This document shows, piece after piece, positions 32,023 through 42,670 of a stretch of 64,000 bases of DNA. Numbering within the stretch: the first letter of the stretch is position 1; each line of letters opens with the position of its first letter. The translations under genes were made by a program, and so were the position numbers. The DNA is from an uncultured delta proteobacterium. GTDB lineage: Bacteria; Myxococcota_A; Polyangia; Polyangiales; Polyangiaceae. The stretch covers positions 608,001 through 672,000 of the forward strand of contig CAVOKF010000008.1 of the NCBI GenBank assembly GCA_963696385.1, given 5' to 3'. The notes under the pieces are model-generated. The model was not told where the DNA came from. It searched no databases and saw only the letters and a program-made list of their open reading frames with translations.

Positions 32023-33216
32023 TCAACCAACGGGCATTTGCGCTCCACTTGTCGTTGCTTCGTGAAGCGCGGCTGTAACGCGCTCGGCAATACGGTTCCA
32101 AGTGAACTCGCGTTCAAAGAGTGCGAGACCGCTCGCAGCGATCGCGTTGCGGCGACCTGGGTTGCAGGCGAGAGCGAGGACATGATCTGCGAACGAGCTC
32201 GGGTCGCTGCGGTCCGCGAGCAGGAGCGAGACGCCGTCGTGCTCATGGAGAACAGGATCGGTGACCGGCCCCGACGTACCGACGATAGCGAGGCCGTGGG
32301 CCATGCCGGCCATCAGTGTAGTTCGGCAGGTCGCAACTCCCTCGGCTATCGGCATGAGGTAGATGTCGACTGCCGACAAGCGGCGAGAGACTTCTTGTTG
32401 TTCCAGCGGGCCCTCGGCCAGCAGCGGTAACCGCGAAAGCGCCGTTCTCTTGACGGCATCAGCTTCGAGGCCGACGTAATAGATCAGTACCTTGAGTTGC
32501 GCGGCGAGGAGGCGTTCCGCTGCGGTGCGTACTAAGTCAAGTGCGCGCGTGGGCCCGATGCGTCCGAAAAGGCCCAGCACCGTCGTGTTGTCGTCGATCC
32601 CGCGCTCGCGTCGCATTTGCACGCGCGGTGTCGGTCGGAGTACGTCGACGTTCGAGCCAACTGGGAGGTGAAACATCGGTGTGCGCGGAAACCAATTTCC
32701 GCACCGCTCAACCGATGGTTGCCGGACGAAAAATAGCGCATCCGAGAGACGCCCAACGGCCCAGAGCTGCGGGCCGAGCCATGAAGCGAGCAGGGCCGAC
32801 CTTAGGGCGACAGGCGCCGGAAACGTCTCGTGAATGAGCGTGGCAATCCTTACATGAGGATGCCGATGCCGCACTTGGGCAAGGGCGACTGGTAGAAATG
32901 GATTGAAGCCGTAGCGGATTTGCCACATCCCGGGAAGATACTGAACGAATAGCCAGTCCGGCGGATCCTTGCCAACCGCATCCGCTAGATCACCGACGAG
33001 GGTGGCCTTGTCGGTAGCAAAGACGGGTCGGACCTGGACACCTGGCACCTCGCTGAGCGTCGGAACTCGCGAGGTGATGACTGTCGTTGCGGCGAGCGGG
33101 GCCAAGGCCTGCGCGAGCCGCGCCGTGTGGTCGCCCACACCGCACACGCGTGGCGGGAACGTAGGACAAATAAGCCAAATTTTAGGCTTGTTGTCATGCC
33201 GTTGGAATGGGCGCAT
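32023..33216 (-). CDS. Glycosyltransferase family 4 (homologue of 495-1649)
   Basis: FPPRVCGVGDHT, LPVGSN, GVATCRTTLMAGMAHG. Confidence 0.82.
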   Translation of the reverse strand: MRPFQRHDNKPKIWLICPTFPPRVCGVGDHTARLAQALAPLAATTVITSRVPTLSEVPGVQVRPVFATDKATLVGDLADAVGKDPPDWLFVQYLPGMWQIRYGFNPFLPVALAQVRHRHPHVRIATLIHETFPAPVALRSALLASWLGPQLWAVGRLSDALFFVRQPSVERCGNWFPRTPMFHLPVGSNVDVLRPTPRVQMRRERGIDDNTTVLGLFGRIGPTRALDLVRTAAERLLAAQLKVLIYYVGLEADAVKRTALSRLPLLAEGPLEQQEVSRRLSAVDIYLMPIAEGVATCRTTLMAGMAHGLAIVGTSGPVTDPVLHEHDGVSLLLADRSDPSSFADHVLALACNPGRRNAIAASGLALFEREFTWNRIAERVTAALHEATTSGAQMPVG

Positions 33217-33460
33217 CTCGGCGGAACGTCCCGTGCGTCTCAAAGTCGGTCGATGGCGACGTGTACGACTCCTTATGCGACCTTCCAATCGACTGCCACT
33301 ACGGTCGCGCGCCATGGAAAGACTCCCCGCTGCGCGGACATTGCGGAAGGCCGCCGCGCTCCGCCGGTGACCGTGAACACGCTGTTCGCCGGAAGGAAGG
33401 TCCACGCTCGTTGAGAGGAACGGCGCGGTGGTCGACGCCTCGTGAGGGACCGGGTGGGAC

Positions 33461-33518
33461 CCCGATTCGCGTTCCGCGCAACTGCGGGCAGGCAGGGGGC
33501 TGGGGAACGCGAATCGGG
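33461..33518. repeat. Perfect 15-bp inverted repeat with a 28-nt spacer
   Basis: cccgattcgcgttcc (33461-33475) and ggaacgcgaatcggg (33504-33518). Confidence 0.85.
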
Positions 33519-33619
33519 AACCGGGCCTATCGAGCCACGGCCACGTAGCCGGTGTCGGTGCGCTGGGCCCGGCCTTGGGTGACAAGCCCGGCGAGGGCGT
33601 CGGAAACAGTGGCGGCGCG

Positions 33620-34180
33620 CATCTCGGCGGCGGCCGGCCTCGGCGTACTTTGCGACGAGTCGGTCGACTGCGTCCTGCTGCTCCTGCCCCCGCTGCAACT
33701 CGGGAAGAAGACTCGGGGGCCAGTGCGCTGCTCGGTGAGCCACGCTCCGAGTGCCGTGATGGCCTGACGGCGGAGTGGCGTGCGACGGCGCTTGCGGCCC
33801 CTCATCCTCGCATCGTACATGCGCTCTGGCGCCCTAGGACGATGTCGTCGCGCCGGAGCCACGTCAGCTCGGAGACGCGCGGGCCCGTCTGTACGAAGAC
33901 CAGGAGCAGCGTTCGATCGCGCCGGCCAAGCCAAGTGGCCAGGTCCGGCGCTGCGACGAGCGCCTCGATCCATTCGCGCCGGCGGAACTCGATCGTCTTT
34001 TTCTGGGAGCGCTCTGTGGGATCACGGCGGAAGAAGGCGCTGATGGCCGTCAGCCGGTTGTTCCTCGTCCTCGTCGTGTCCTCGGGCTCGAGGCGCTCCA
34101 GAAAGTCCATCACGAAGGACGGCTTGATATCCTCCAGCGCGAGCTCAGAAGGCGCCTTTCCCCAGTCGATCCGTTTGGGA
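33620..34180 (-). pseudogene. Tyrosine recombinase/integrase remnant (RIT-type-like)
   Basis: RTRNNRLTAISAFFR, APDLATWLGRRDRTLL...QTGPRVSEL, GRKRRRTPL; frameshifted and partly deleted. Confidence 0.75.
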
Positions 34181-34305
34181 TCTCCCGAACGACGTCCGCG
34201 CCTGATCGATACCAATGAAGGAGCGTGGAGACCGCGAATCGATGCCAATCGTGCAGCCCGGCCCGCGACCACGGCGATCGTGGACGGCTGGTGACCGGAG
34301 CCCGA

Positions 34306-34339
34306 TCATGCGGGAGACCGTGTCATGCGGGAGACCGTG
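34306..34339. repeat. 17-bp tandem duplication
   Basis: tcatgcgggagaccgtg occurs twice in tandem. Confidence 0.85.
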
Positions 34340-34710
34340 ATGAAGCTGTCATCCGAAGACTCAGGGATCCGCCGACCGCGCTCGGAGACGAAAGAACGTC
34401 AGCACCCTCACGCGGGGCAAGATGGCATCTCTCCTCCCGGCGTAGTGCCCGGGAATATCGCTCGTCTTGGCCTGGCGCAACGAAGCGGGACTTCCCCGCG
34501 CTTCCCTTCGCGGATGCTGAGAACGCCTCGAGCGGTCAAGGTTGCCGCAGTCACACGTCGCGTGGCTGACAAATGGCCGCCGTCGGTGGTCGTTGCGGAC
34601 AGCGAGCGCCCGACCGCCGTCTGGCGCCACCACGAACCACGCGCCCAGCGTCGCCCATAGCGGTAAGATCTGCGGTGCGCCACGGACCCGCCGTGCTATA
34701 TGGCGGAGCG

Positions 34711-35392
34711 GTGTCGGCAGCCCGTTTGCGCGATCCCCTAGCGTGCGCCGTCCTGTCCGGCGGACATAGCAGCGGTCTCATTCTGTCAGCAGTCACTGAC
34801 GTGTTGCGCGACAGCAGTAAGCGCTACGACGTCGTCGTGGACCTGGGCTGCGGTCGCGGTGACTGCGCGCGGTCGCTGGATGGCTTGTTCGCTACCTATA
34901 TCGGCTGTGACGTCGTAAAGTACGAAGGTTTTCCGGAGCAGGACACGATTCAGTTTCGACCAACGGATCTCAACCATCCTCCCTATGACATGAACGACGC
35001 GTGCGCCGATGCAGTCGTCTCCATCGAAACGATTGAGCATCTCGAGAACCCGCGCGCCCTCGTGCGCGAGATGGTCCGAATGGCTCGTCCGGGTGGTCTC
35101 GTAATCATCACGACGCCGAATCAACTTAGCCTGATGAGCAAGTTGTTCCTGGTTGCGCGCAACCAATTTCACGCATTTCCAGGAAGCCCCCGGCCTATAC
35201 CCAACGCACATCACGGCCCTTCTGGAGGATGACCTAAGGCGCATGGCCCGTGAATCTGGTCTAACCGACGTAGCTATCCGGTACACCGATCACGGCCGAG
35301 TCCCACTTACCTCGTGGTCCTGGCCCCGAGCGCTCGGAATGCGCGGGCGATGGTTCAGCGACAACGTGGTCTTAGTCGCCCGTCGGCCATGA
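34711..35392 (+). CDS. Class I SAM methyltransferase (one +1 frameshift at about 35180)
   Basis: VDLGCGRG, ETIEHLENP, PGGLVIITTPN; continues in the next frame as FQEAPGLYPTHITAL. Confidence 0.8.
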
Positions 35393-35593
35393 TGGTCATG
35401 AGCACCGCATTCCGGTCGTGTTGCAATTGGCCGAAAGCACGACAGACGCGACAATTTGAATGTGGGAAACGACCGGCGGAGGCATTCAGGAGCCCTATCA
35501 AAATGGACCCACCTGAAACCAAGAGTACCTCCCATGCCGCAACCTGGGATTGTGCCAGCCGTGATCAACCACGGGGTTGGCTCCTTGCGATCG

Positions 35594-36628
35594 TCAGGCG
35601 ACGCGCCGTAGAACTACGTTCATTTGCAGGCCAATCGTCGCTTGGCCCAGCCACAGTCCCGGCCCGATGGCCAACTGACGCAGCTGGCGGTTTCGCCAGG
35701 CTCGCGACATCCCTGCCGCCAGCCACGAGAAGCGCACGCCGCCGGTTCGGCCCGAGTTAAGCCGCCGGCTGTAGTAGTCGGAAAACAGCGAAGTCTGAAG
35801 CTTTAGCCCCGCTCGACGAAAGGCGCGCATGTACTCAAAAATGGAATACTCGTGTTCGTGGACGAGCTCGTCGCGATGTTGCTGGTCCTGGTCTCCGCGC
35901 GCCACGCGCGCTCTTGTAAACGCGTGCTTGATCATGCCGCGAATCGGTTCGTTGATGTTGATGACCGTGCCCCCTCGGCGGGTGACCCGCGCGAGCTCGC
36001 TCGCAAGGCCACGAAGGTCCGACGAATGGTGACTCGCGGCCGATATGATGACAATGTCAAAGGTCGAGTCTCGAAACGGCAGTGCGTTCATGTCGCCAAG
36101 CACACGGACAGGCCACCCGGAACGGGCCGCCTCGTCGTCATACAGGAAGTAAATGTTGGTTTCGAAGCAGTTGCAACCGCGATCGCGAAATGGTTTCAAG
36201 AATGGATAATCGTCGCTGCCGCCAATTTCAAGAACGTCTTCGCGTCCCGTAATGTGAACGTGTTCCAGAGCTTGCAAGAAATTGAGTTCCGTCGAGCCGT
36301 AGTAGTCGAAGACGTCGTCCGCAGTCGAGCGCTTGCGATCCTCGAAAGATGAGACCCTCTCGACACGGCGGATCACGAACGCGCTAACATCGCCCGCGAA
36401 ATGCGCCTCCTTCATCATTCCGCGCAGCTCGTCGAGCACATCCTGCGACGGCGATGCGAGGGCATTGACGATCCCAGCGACGATCGGATAGCCGTTCCCG
36501 CAACATTTGCAGCGGACGGCGCCAGTCTCCGCGATGAAGTCAGAACGCGTACACTGCAAGCAGGTCAGTTTTGCGACGGCAAGGTCGATTGGCGTACTAC
36601 GTGGCAGTGGCCACGGCGCGGTGCTCAT
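35594..36628 (-). CDS. Class I SAM methyltransferase with an N-terminal Trm112-like Cys knuckle
   Basis: CLQC...CKCCGNGYPIVAGI; VLEIGG, GDMNALPFRDSTFD, GGTVININEP. Confidence 0.82.
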   Translation of the reverse strand: MSTAPWPLPRSTPIDLAVAKLTCLQCTRSDFIAETGAVRCKCCGNGYPIVAGIVNALASPSQDVLDELRGMMKEAHFAGDVSAFVIRRVERVSSFEDRKRSTADDVFDYYGSTELNFLQALEHVHITGREDVLEIGGSDDYPFLKPFRDRGCNCFETNIYFLYDDEAARSGWPVRVLGDMNALPFRDSTFDIVIISAASHHSSDLRGLASELARVTRRGGTVININEPIRGMIKHAFTRARVARGDQDQQHRDELVHEHEYSIFEYMRAFRRAGLKLQTSLFSDYYSRRLNSGRTGGVRFSWLAAGMSRAWRNRQLRQLAIGPGLWLGQATIGLQMNVVLRRVA

Positions 36629-36799
36629 GGCGGCGAAGGGTCGTTGAAAAGCAAGTGTGGGTCAAGTCGAGCCGGCATTCGGCAGTCGCTTGAGACCGGT
36701 CGTTTCGTCGAACGGAGTATGGACGGCGTCGCTGGCGGCGCCCAGACCGAAAAGCAAGATCACACCTGGTGGGGTGCGGGGCCGCTGAGGGCTGTGGGC

Positions 36800-37223
36800 G
36801 TGCCGCGTCGCGTGATTGTCTTTGCGTTAGGCGTTGCAGGCGTCGCTTGTGGCTCGTCGGCCCGCCGACAGACGTCGGCTCTGGTTGATGCGGTCGACCG
36901 GTATCGTCAGGCCGACAACATGTCGAAGACGACCCACGCGCGCGCGGTCGCAGCGCTGCCGTGCAGCGCGACCTCGGTATGCGAAGCGAAGCGAGTTTCG
37001 TCTCGAGGCGATTGATCCGACAACGCGAGCGCTTACGCTCAAAGACGAAGTGACGGCCAGACTCGCCGACATCGAGCAGAAGCGGCTGGCCCCGGACGCG
37101 GCGGAGGCGGCGTCGCTTCCTGGCAAGCTGGACGAGGCCACGCGCTTGCTCGAAACCGGGCGCGCGAAGATGACCGAGTGCGAGCGCCGGCTCGCCGACT
37201 TGCGCATCGAGTATGGGGGCTGA
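36800..37223 (+). CDS. Putative lipoprotein (one +1 frameshift at about 36999)
   Basis: Lipobox-like GVA-C and a helical body split over two frames. Confidence 0.55.
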
Positions 37224-37271
37224 CCGCCCGATGTAACGAGCGCCGGCCGTGTGCTAAGCCCGAGTTCCGCC

Positions 37272-38903
37272 ATGTTCGACGCCCTCACAAAGGGGTTCAA
37301 AGCCGCTCGCAATCGCCTCGCCGGTCTGACCGAGCTCACCGAGCAGAACGTCGATTCGGCCCTGCGCGAAGTGCGCCTCTCGCTTCTCGAGGCGGATGTC
37401 GAGCTTGGAGTCGTCAAGGCCTTTCTCGCACGCATCAAAGAGAAGGCGCTAGGCGAAGTCGTGCGCACGCGCGCCAAGGGGCAGGACGGGTCGAGTGTGA
37501 AGGTCTCGGCGAGCGACGTCTTCGTCAAGATCTGCCACGACGAGCTCGTCGCGTTCATGGCGCCCGCGGAGGGACCCCCGCTGGCGACCGCGCCCAAAGG
37601 CCAGCCGACCGGCGTGATGATGGTCGGTCTTCAAGGCTCTGGCAAAACGACCACGTGCGCGAAGCTCGCACGGTGGGTGCAGAAGCAGGGCAGCCACCCG
37701 CTCTTGGTCGCGGCCGATATGCAGCGCCCCGCTGCCGTGGAACAGCTCACCATCCTAGGCGCGCAGATCGGCGTCCCGGTCTTCAATGTCGCGGGTGCGA
37801 CGCCCCTGGACATCTGCAAGCAAGCGCTTGTCGAAGCCCGATCGGGCAAGAACGACGTGCTCATCTACGACACGGCGGGCCGTCTCGCGATCGACGATGC
37901 GCTGATGCAAGAGCTCGAAGAGATCAAGGCCGCCATCCAACCGCAAAATGTCCTGTTGGTCGTCGACGCGATGATTGGCCAAGATGCGGTCAAGACGTCC
38001 AAGACGTTCCACGACCGACTCGGTCTGACCGGTGTGGTGCTCACGAAGCTTGACGGCGACGCCCGGGGAGGCGCGGCGCTCAGCGTGAAGGAAGTGACCG
38101 GGGCGCCCGTGCTCTTCGCCGGGGTCGGCGAGACGCTCGACAAGTTCGAAGAATTTCGCGCCCAAGGCATGGCGAGCCGGGTGCTCGGCATGGGCGACGT
38201 CGTCGGGTTGATGAAGGACTTTCAGGAGGTCGTTGACGAAAAGGACGCCACCGAGAAAGCCATGCGCATGCTCGAGGGCAATTTCACCCTCGACGACTTT
38301 CTCGAGCAAGTGCGCATGATTCAGAAAATGGGGTCGATAAAAGACCTCATCGCGAAGGTGCCCGGCATGGGTGACATGCTGCCGCCAGGCGCGAACGTTG
38401 ACGACGGCGAGCTCGGTCGCATCGAAGCCATCATCCAGTCGTTCACCAAGTTTGAGCGAAGGGACCCATACGCCCTTATCCGTGAGCCCACGCGCGTTGC
38501 CCGCATTGCGAAGGGTTCGGGCCAGACCGGCCAGCAGGTCGAGGAGCTCGTTCAGAAGTTTCTCTTCATGAAGCAGATGATGGAGGGCCTCGGCCAGAAC
38601 ATGGGCATGATGGGGCGCATCCCCGGCATGAAGAACGTGGCGATGGCGAAACAACTGCGCAAGCAAATGGCGCAAGGCGGAGGCTTTCCCGGGATGGGGG
38701 GCATGGGCCTGCCGGGTATGCCGGGCCTGGGTTTGCCGGGCATGCCCGGAATGGGCTCCCCGGGCTTTCCGGGTATGGCGGTGCCGGGTGCCGGGACGGG
38801 CGACAGCATGACCAAGATGCGTCCGCTGTCCGCTGCCGAAAAGAACTCGCGCAAGGCGGCGCGCAAGCGCGAGAAGGACGCACGCAAGAAGAACCGCCGC
38901 TAG
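37272..38903 (+). CDS. ffh: Signal recognition particle protein Ffh
   Basis: LLEADV, GLQGSGKTT, DTAGR, TKLDGDARGG, RVLGMGD, RIAKGSG. Confidence 0.97.
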   Translation: MFDALTKGFKAARNRLAGLTELTEQNVDSALREVRLSLLEADVELGVVKAFLARIKEKALGEVVRTRAKGQDGSSVKVSASDVFVKICHDELVAFMAPAEGPPLATAPKGQPTGVMMVGLQGSGKTTTCAKLARWVQKQGSHPLLVAADMQRPAAVEQLTILGAQIGVPVFNVAGATPLDICKQALVEARSGKNDVLIYDTAGRLAIDDALMQELEEIKAAIQPQNVLLVVDAMIGQDAVKTSKTFHDRLGLTGVVLTKLDGDARGGAALSVKEVTGAPVLFAGVGETLDKFEEFRAQGMASRVLGMGDVVGLMKDFQEVVDEKDATEKAMRMLEGNFTLDDFLEQVRMIQKMGSIKDLIAKVPGMGDMLPPGANVDDGELGRIEAIIQSFTKFERRDPYALIREPTRVARIAKGSGQTGQQVEELVQKFLFMKQMMEGLGQNMGMMGRIPGMKNVAMAKQLRKQMAQGGGFPGMGGMGLPGMPGLGLPGMPGMGSPGFPGMAVPGAGTGDSMTKMRPLSAAEKNSRKAARKREKDARKKNRR

Positions 38904-38935
38904 TGGCGAGGGTTTGGTCGGTCGGGACCACTCGG

Positions 38936-39790
38936 CTACGTCGAACGGGGCCCGCTCGTGAGGCACTGCCATCCGGAAGCTCGAAAAGCGCCCTCGAGTT
39001 CGGCAAGGCGACGGGTCGCGACCAGGTTGGGGGGCTCCCAGTTTGAGCGCCGTTGCACCGAGGGGTGGACCAACCGAGGCTGAAATAGCGAGCGCTCAAG
39101 GCCGAAGACCACATAGCCCATCCCTTCCAGGAAGGTTACGGGCTCTGTCGGGTATCGCCCGGGTTCCGGGAAAATCACATGACGGACGGTCCCTGATTCC
39201 AACAGCGATCGCGCGCCCCGAAGGACGGCGAGTTCATCGCCTTGGACCTCGATCCTCATGAGAGCGATGTCGTTGCCGAGCTCCTTCGCATACTCGTCCA
39301 GACGCTTCGTCGCGATCTCGGCCCCCCCTGCGGTCGCGCTCGGCACTACGGAGTCGGAGATTGCTTCGCGTCGGGGCATAACCGTCACGGCTGGAAAGCG
39401 TGCCCGTGCGCGCTTCGCGTTGCGACAGAGTTCGTCGAAACGTTGCGGATCCCGCTCGAAAGCGAAAACGCGGCCTCCGCTCCGCATGCGGGCTGCCGCA
39501 ACGAGGCTCATGTACCCGACGTTGGCCCCCACGTCGATCACCGTGTCGTCCTCGCGAACCAGGCGCCATATGGCTTCGGTCACGACCAAGTGGTAGACGC
39601 CCAACGCGTCGAGGGCTCGGGTGAGATCGTCGCGATCGCGAGCCTCTAACGCTAGATGCTCCCACGGCAACGGAAAGACGTACGTCCCATCGGGCCCCGG
39701 TGAGGTGGTCCGGCCGAACAAGCGCCGCACCAATTGCCGTGGTCGGAGCAAATACTCAGGCTTGAGAAGCTTCTCGATCGATTCCAGCAT
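38936..39790 (-). CDS. FkbM-family methyltransferase
   Basis: VIDVGANVGY, GRVFAFE; the KIDVEG motif is degenerate (RIEVQG). Confidence 0.78.
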   Translation of the reverse strand: MLESIEKLLKPEYLLRPRQLVRRLFGRTTSPGPDGTYVFPLPWEHLALEARDRDDLTRALDALGVYHLVVTEAIWRLVREDDTVIDVGANVGYMSLVAAARMRSGGRVFAFERDPQRFDELCRNAKRARARFPAVTVMPRREAISDSVVPSATAGGAEIATKRLDEYAKELGNDIALMRIEVQGDELAVLRGARSLLESGTVRHVIFPEPGRYPTEPVTFLEGMGYVVFGLERSLFQPRLVHPSVQRRSNWEPPNLVATRRLAELEGAFRASGWQCLTSGPRST

Positions 39791-39942
39791 GTTCCCGGCT
39801 CGACGTCCGCTCACGACGAGGGCCGACGTGACGGCCCGCCGGGCGGCACGATACACAGCGACCGGATGCCGTGCGACCGCCGTCGACCGTCCGACGCGGT
39901 GCCTCTCGACCGGCGGTGGCCTTTGTCGATAAAAGGCCGCCC

Positions 39943-41376
39943 ATGCGTCGACCTTCTCTTTCGTTCGCGATCGTGACAGCGGCTTCGCTCTGCGCGGGCT
40001 GCGTCGGCACCAACAAGGGTCTCAGCGCGGAGGAAAAGGAGCGGCTGAAGCCGTACGTCCTCGACGCGGTGCCCGTCGACCTTCCGCACAAGCTCGACAT
40101 CAACTTCGAGAACAAGGTGCACTTGGTCGGATACAAGTTCGAGCCCGAGAACGCCAAGCCCGGCGAAGACGTCAAGCTCACGTACTATTGGCGCTGCGAC
40201 GATCCGCTCGAGAGCGGGTGGATGCTCTTCACGCACACCAAAGACGAAGGCAACGGCAAGCTCGGCAACCTGGATTTCGACGGGCCCATTCGCGAGCAGA
40301 AGAACGGCGACCAGGTCCTCGGCCCCGATCATTGGGAGCGCGGCAAAGTCTACGTCGACGTGCAGACGTATAAGGTTCCGACGGACGTCACGGGCTCGGA
40401 GGTGACGATCCTCACGGGCATCTGGAAGGGCGACTCGCGGTTGCGCATCCTCAGCGGCGCGAACGACGGCGACAATTGCGCGATTGTGGGTAAGATCGGC
40501 ACCGGCGTGGTTCCGAAGTCGGCCGATGAGCACACGAAGACCGACGTGCCGTCGATCGTCGTCACCCGCCTCGCGACTACCGGCAAGATCAAGATCGACG
40601 GAATCGCCGACGAGAAAGAGTGGGAGGGCGCGGTAAGCACGGGCCCTTTCGTCGACGTGGGGACGGGTAAGCCGAACCCCCTGTTTCCGGTGAGCGCATC
40701 GGCCAAACTGCTCTGGGACGAGAAGAACCTTTACGTCTTGTTCGTGGTCCAGCAGGCCGAGCCCTACGTTGGCTTCACCAACGCGAAGGCACAGCCAACG
40801 GACTTTACGGCCGCCGGCCAGCCCAAGCTCTGGACCAAAGACACGGTTGAAATGATGGTGGAACCCGACCCGACCGGCGACAACCACGACTATTACGAGC
40901 TGCAGATCAACCCTCAGAACAAGGTCTTCAAATCGCAGTTCGACACGCTGCAGCAGCCGAGCGGCGGCCCGAACGGCCCGTTCGGTCACGAAGACTGGGA
41001 CCCCAAGTTGAAGAGCGCCGTGCAGCTGCAGAAGGGCGACGACGGCAAAGTCACCGGTTACACGATCGAGGTCGCCATCCCTTGGGCGGGGTACACCAAG
41101 GCGGCAAACCATCCCCCGAAGTCAGGCGACGTCTGGCGCATCAACTTTTACGGGATGAGGCAGAACGCCGGCGTTTCGTGGTCACCGATTCTCGGCCAGG
41201 GCAACTTCCACAAGGCCTCCCGCTTCGGTCGCGTCACCTGGATCATTCCGGGCGCCCCCGCCGCCGCCAGCGCCAGCAGTCCGGCGCCGCTCGCGGCCAT
41301 TTCGGGCGATGGGGGGGTACGGTTGCTGCCTCGCGGACCCATGCAAATGCGGATTCCAGCCCACATGCCGCAGTAA
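39943..41376 (+). CDS. Lipoprotein with a CBM9-like sugar-binding domain
   Basis: Lipobox CAG-C; KIDGIADEKEW, LLWDEKNLYV, YYELQINP, YTIEVAIPW, WRINFY. Confidence 0.75.
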   Translation: MRRPSLSFAIVTAASLCAGCVGTNKGLSAEEKERLKPYVLDAVPVDLPHKLDINFENKVHLVGYKFEPENAKPGEDVKLTYYWRCDDPLESGWMLFTHTKDEGNGKLGNLDFDGPIREQKNGDQVLGPDHWERGKVYVDVQTYKVPTDVTGSEVTILTGIWKGDSRLRILSGANDGDNCAIVGKIGTGVVPKSADEHTKTDVPSIVVTRLATTGKIKIDGIADEKEWEGAVSTGPFVDVGTGKPNPLFPVSASAKLLWDEKNLYVLFVVQQAEPYVGFTNAKAQPTDFTAAGQPKLWTKDTVEMMVEPDPTGDNHDYYELQINPQNKVFKSQFDTLQQPSGGPNGPFGHEDWDPKLKSAVQLQKGDDGKVTGYTIEVAIPWAGYTKAANHPPKSGDVWRINFYGMRQNAGVSWSPILGQGNFHKASRFGRVTWIIPGAPAAASASSPAPLAAISGDGGVRLLPRGPMQMRIPAHMPQ

Positions 41377-41426
41377 GCGGCGCCCGAAATTCGTACGCGA
41401 GCGCGCCCGTGCCTTACGCTCGGGCG

Positions 41427-42536
41427 ATGCGCAAAGCCTCTGCGGTGCTCGTGGGCATGCTGATCGCGACGGCGGTGAGCGCTCAATCCGAACCCCCCCG
41501 AAGACAACATCGCCCGACGCCGAAAGGGTCCGGTAAGCCCGCCGACGACACGACGCCATTCAACCTGCAGCGAGCCCAGCTCGGGACCGAAGGTTTCGCT
41601 CGCACGGCTCGCGAACGCATGAAACAGGGCGACTACGAGGGCGCCATCGACTTGTTCGACCAGGCCATCGCCGAGTCGGTGGACCCCACCCTGTACCGCG
41701 ACCGGGGCAGTTGCCACGACAAGCTCGGTCACCCGTACCCGGCGATCGAGGACTACCGAATGTACGTGACCAACGCGGCGGACGCGAAGGACGCGGACTC
41801 GTTTCGCGATCGGCTGGACCAGCTGCAAGCTCAGGTGCGTGGGCTTCCGCCGCCGGGCACTGCCGCCGCCCGAGAGGACGCTCCGCCAAAGGACGAGCCC
41901 GCAGACCGTCCCGATGAGCCCGTCGCAACAACGCCCTCGGCGTCGGTCGATGCGACAGCAGCCTCTGCCGATGCCGAGACCGAGGACGACAGACCGCCTT
42001 CGTCGCTCCGCGACGGCAAGGGATGGGTGCTGGCCCCGCTTCTCGGTGCCCGCAAGTGGTTTCGTGACGGCCGATCGTTTGGCGATCGCGAGACATGGGA
42101 CGAGAGTGTCGGCGGTCAGGTCCGCTACTCATTTGCGTCCCGCAGCACGCTGTTCCTCGAGGCGGCGTACCAGCGTTTCAACTCGACCGACCTCGACGCT
42201 GAAGTCATTTCCGGTCTGACGTCCGCTATCGGCTACGAGCTCCGGGTGCCGCTCAACGCGCGCGCCGATGACCAGCTGCTCTTCGGCCTCGGCGTCGGCT
42301 ACGAGCACTTGGTCTTTCAGGCGGGAGCAGACGCGGCGGATTCGTCGTACTCCGAAGGCGGCATCGCTGGACGGCTGAGGTTTGGGTACCGGCACATGCT
42401 GGCCCGCTCGGTCGCCCTCGAAGTGTCGCTCGATGGCGGTGGCGGCGGGATCCTCAAGTACGATCCAAGCGTCGATTCGCACTCGACTACGTTCGGGCTG
42501 GCGGGGCTGACGGTGGCGCTCGCTTGGGGGCTGTGA
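41427..42536 (+). CDS. Secreted TPR protein with a probable C-terminal outer-membrane beta-barrel
   Basis: Signal peptide, TPR motifs (GDYEGAIDLFDQAI, LYRDRGSC), acidic linker, amphipathic strands ending LAWGL. Confidence 0.65.
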   Translation: MRKASAVLVGMLIATAVSAQSEPPRRQHRPTPKGSGKPADDTTPFNLQRAQLGTEGFARTARERMKQGDYEGAIDLFDQAIAESVDPTLYRDRGSCHDKLGHPYPAIEDYRMYVTNAADAKDADSFRDRLDQLQAQVRGLPPPGTAAAREDAPPKDEPADRPDEPVATTPSASVDATAASADAETEDDRPPSSLRDGKGWVLAPLLGARKWFRDGRSFGDRETWDESVGGQVRYSFASRSTLFLEAAYQRFNSTDLDAEVISGLTSAIGYELRVPLNARADDQLLFGLGVGYEHLVFQAGADAADSSYSEGGIAGRLRFGYRHMLARSVALEVSLDGGGGGILKYDPSVDSHSTTFGLAGLTVALAWGL

Positions 42537-42670
42537 CCGCCTCCCCCAAGCCCGGCATGCCGTAGTGAGTCGGAAAACGAATGGCGCCCGAATCTCGAGG
42601 CTCGCGCGATGATCACGCACGCGTGCTTCGAAGCTCGCCATTTCTGGGGTAACGTCGTGTTTCCATTCGG

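Noticed and set aside
35480..35520. IS-end-like motif (aaaatggacccacc)
   Set aside because: Too short, with no partner end or transposase nearby.
38680..38800. Repetitive GMPG-coding DNA in ffh
   Set aside because: Low-complexity Met/Gly/Pro tail of Ffh, not a DNA repeat array.
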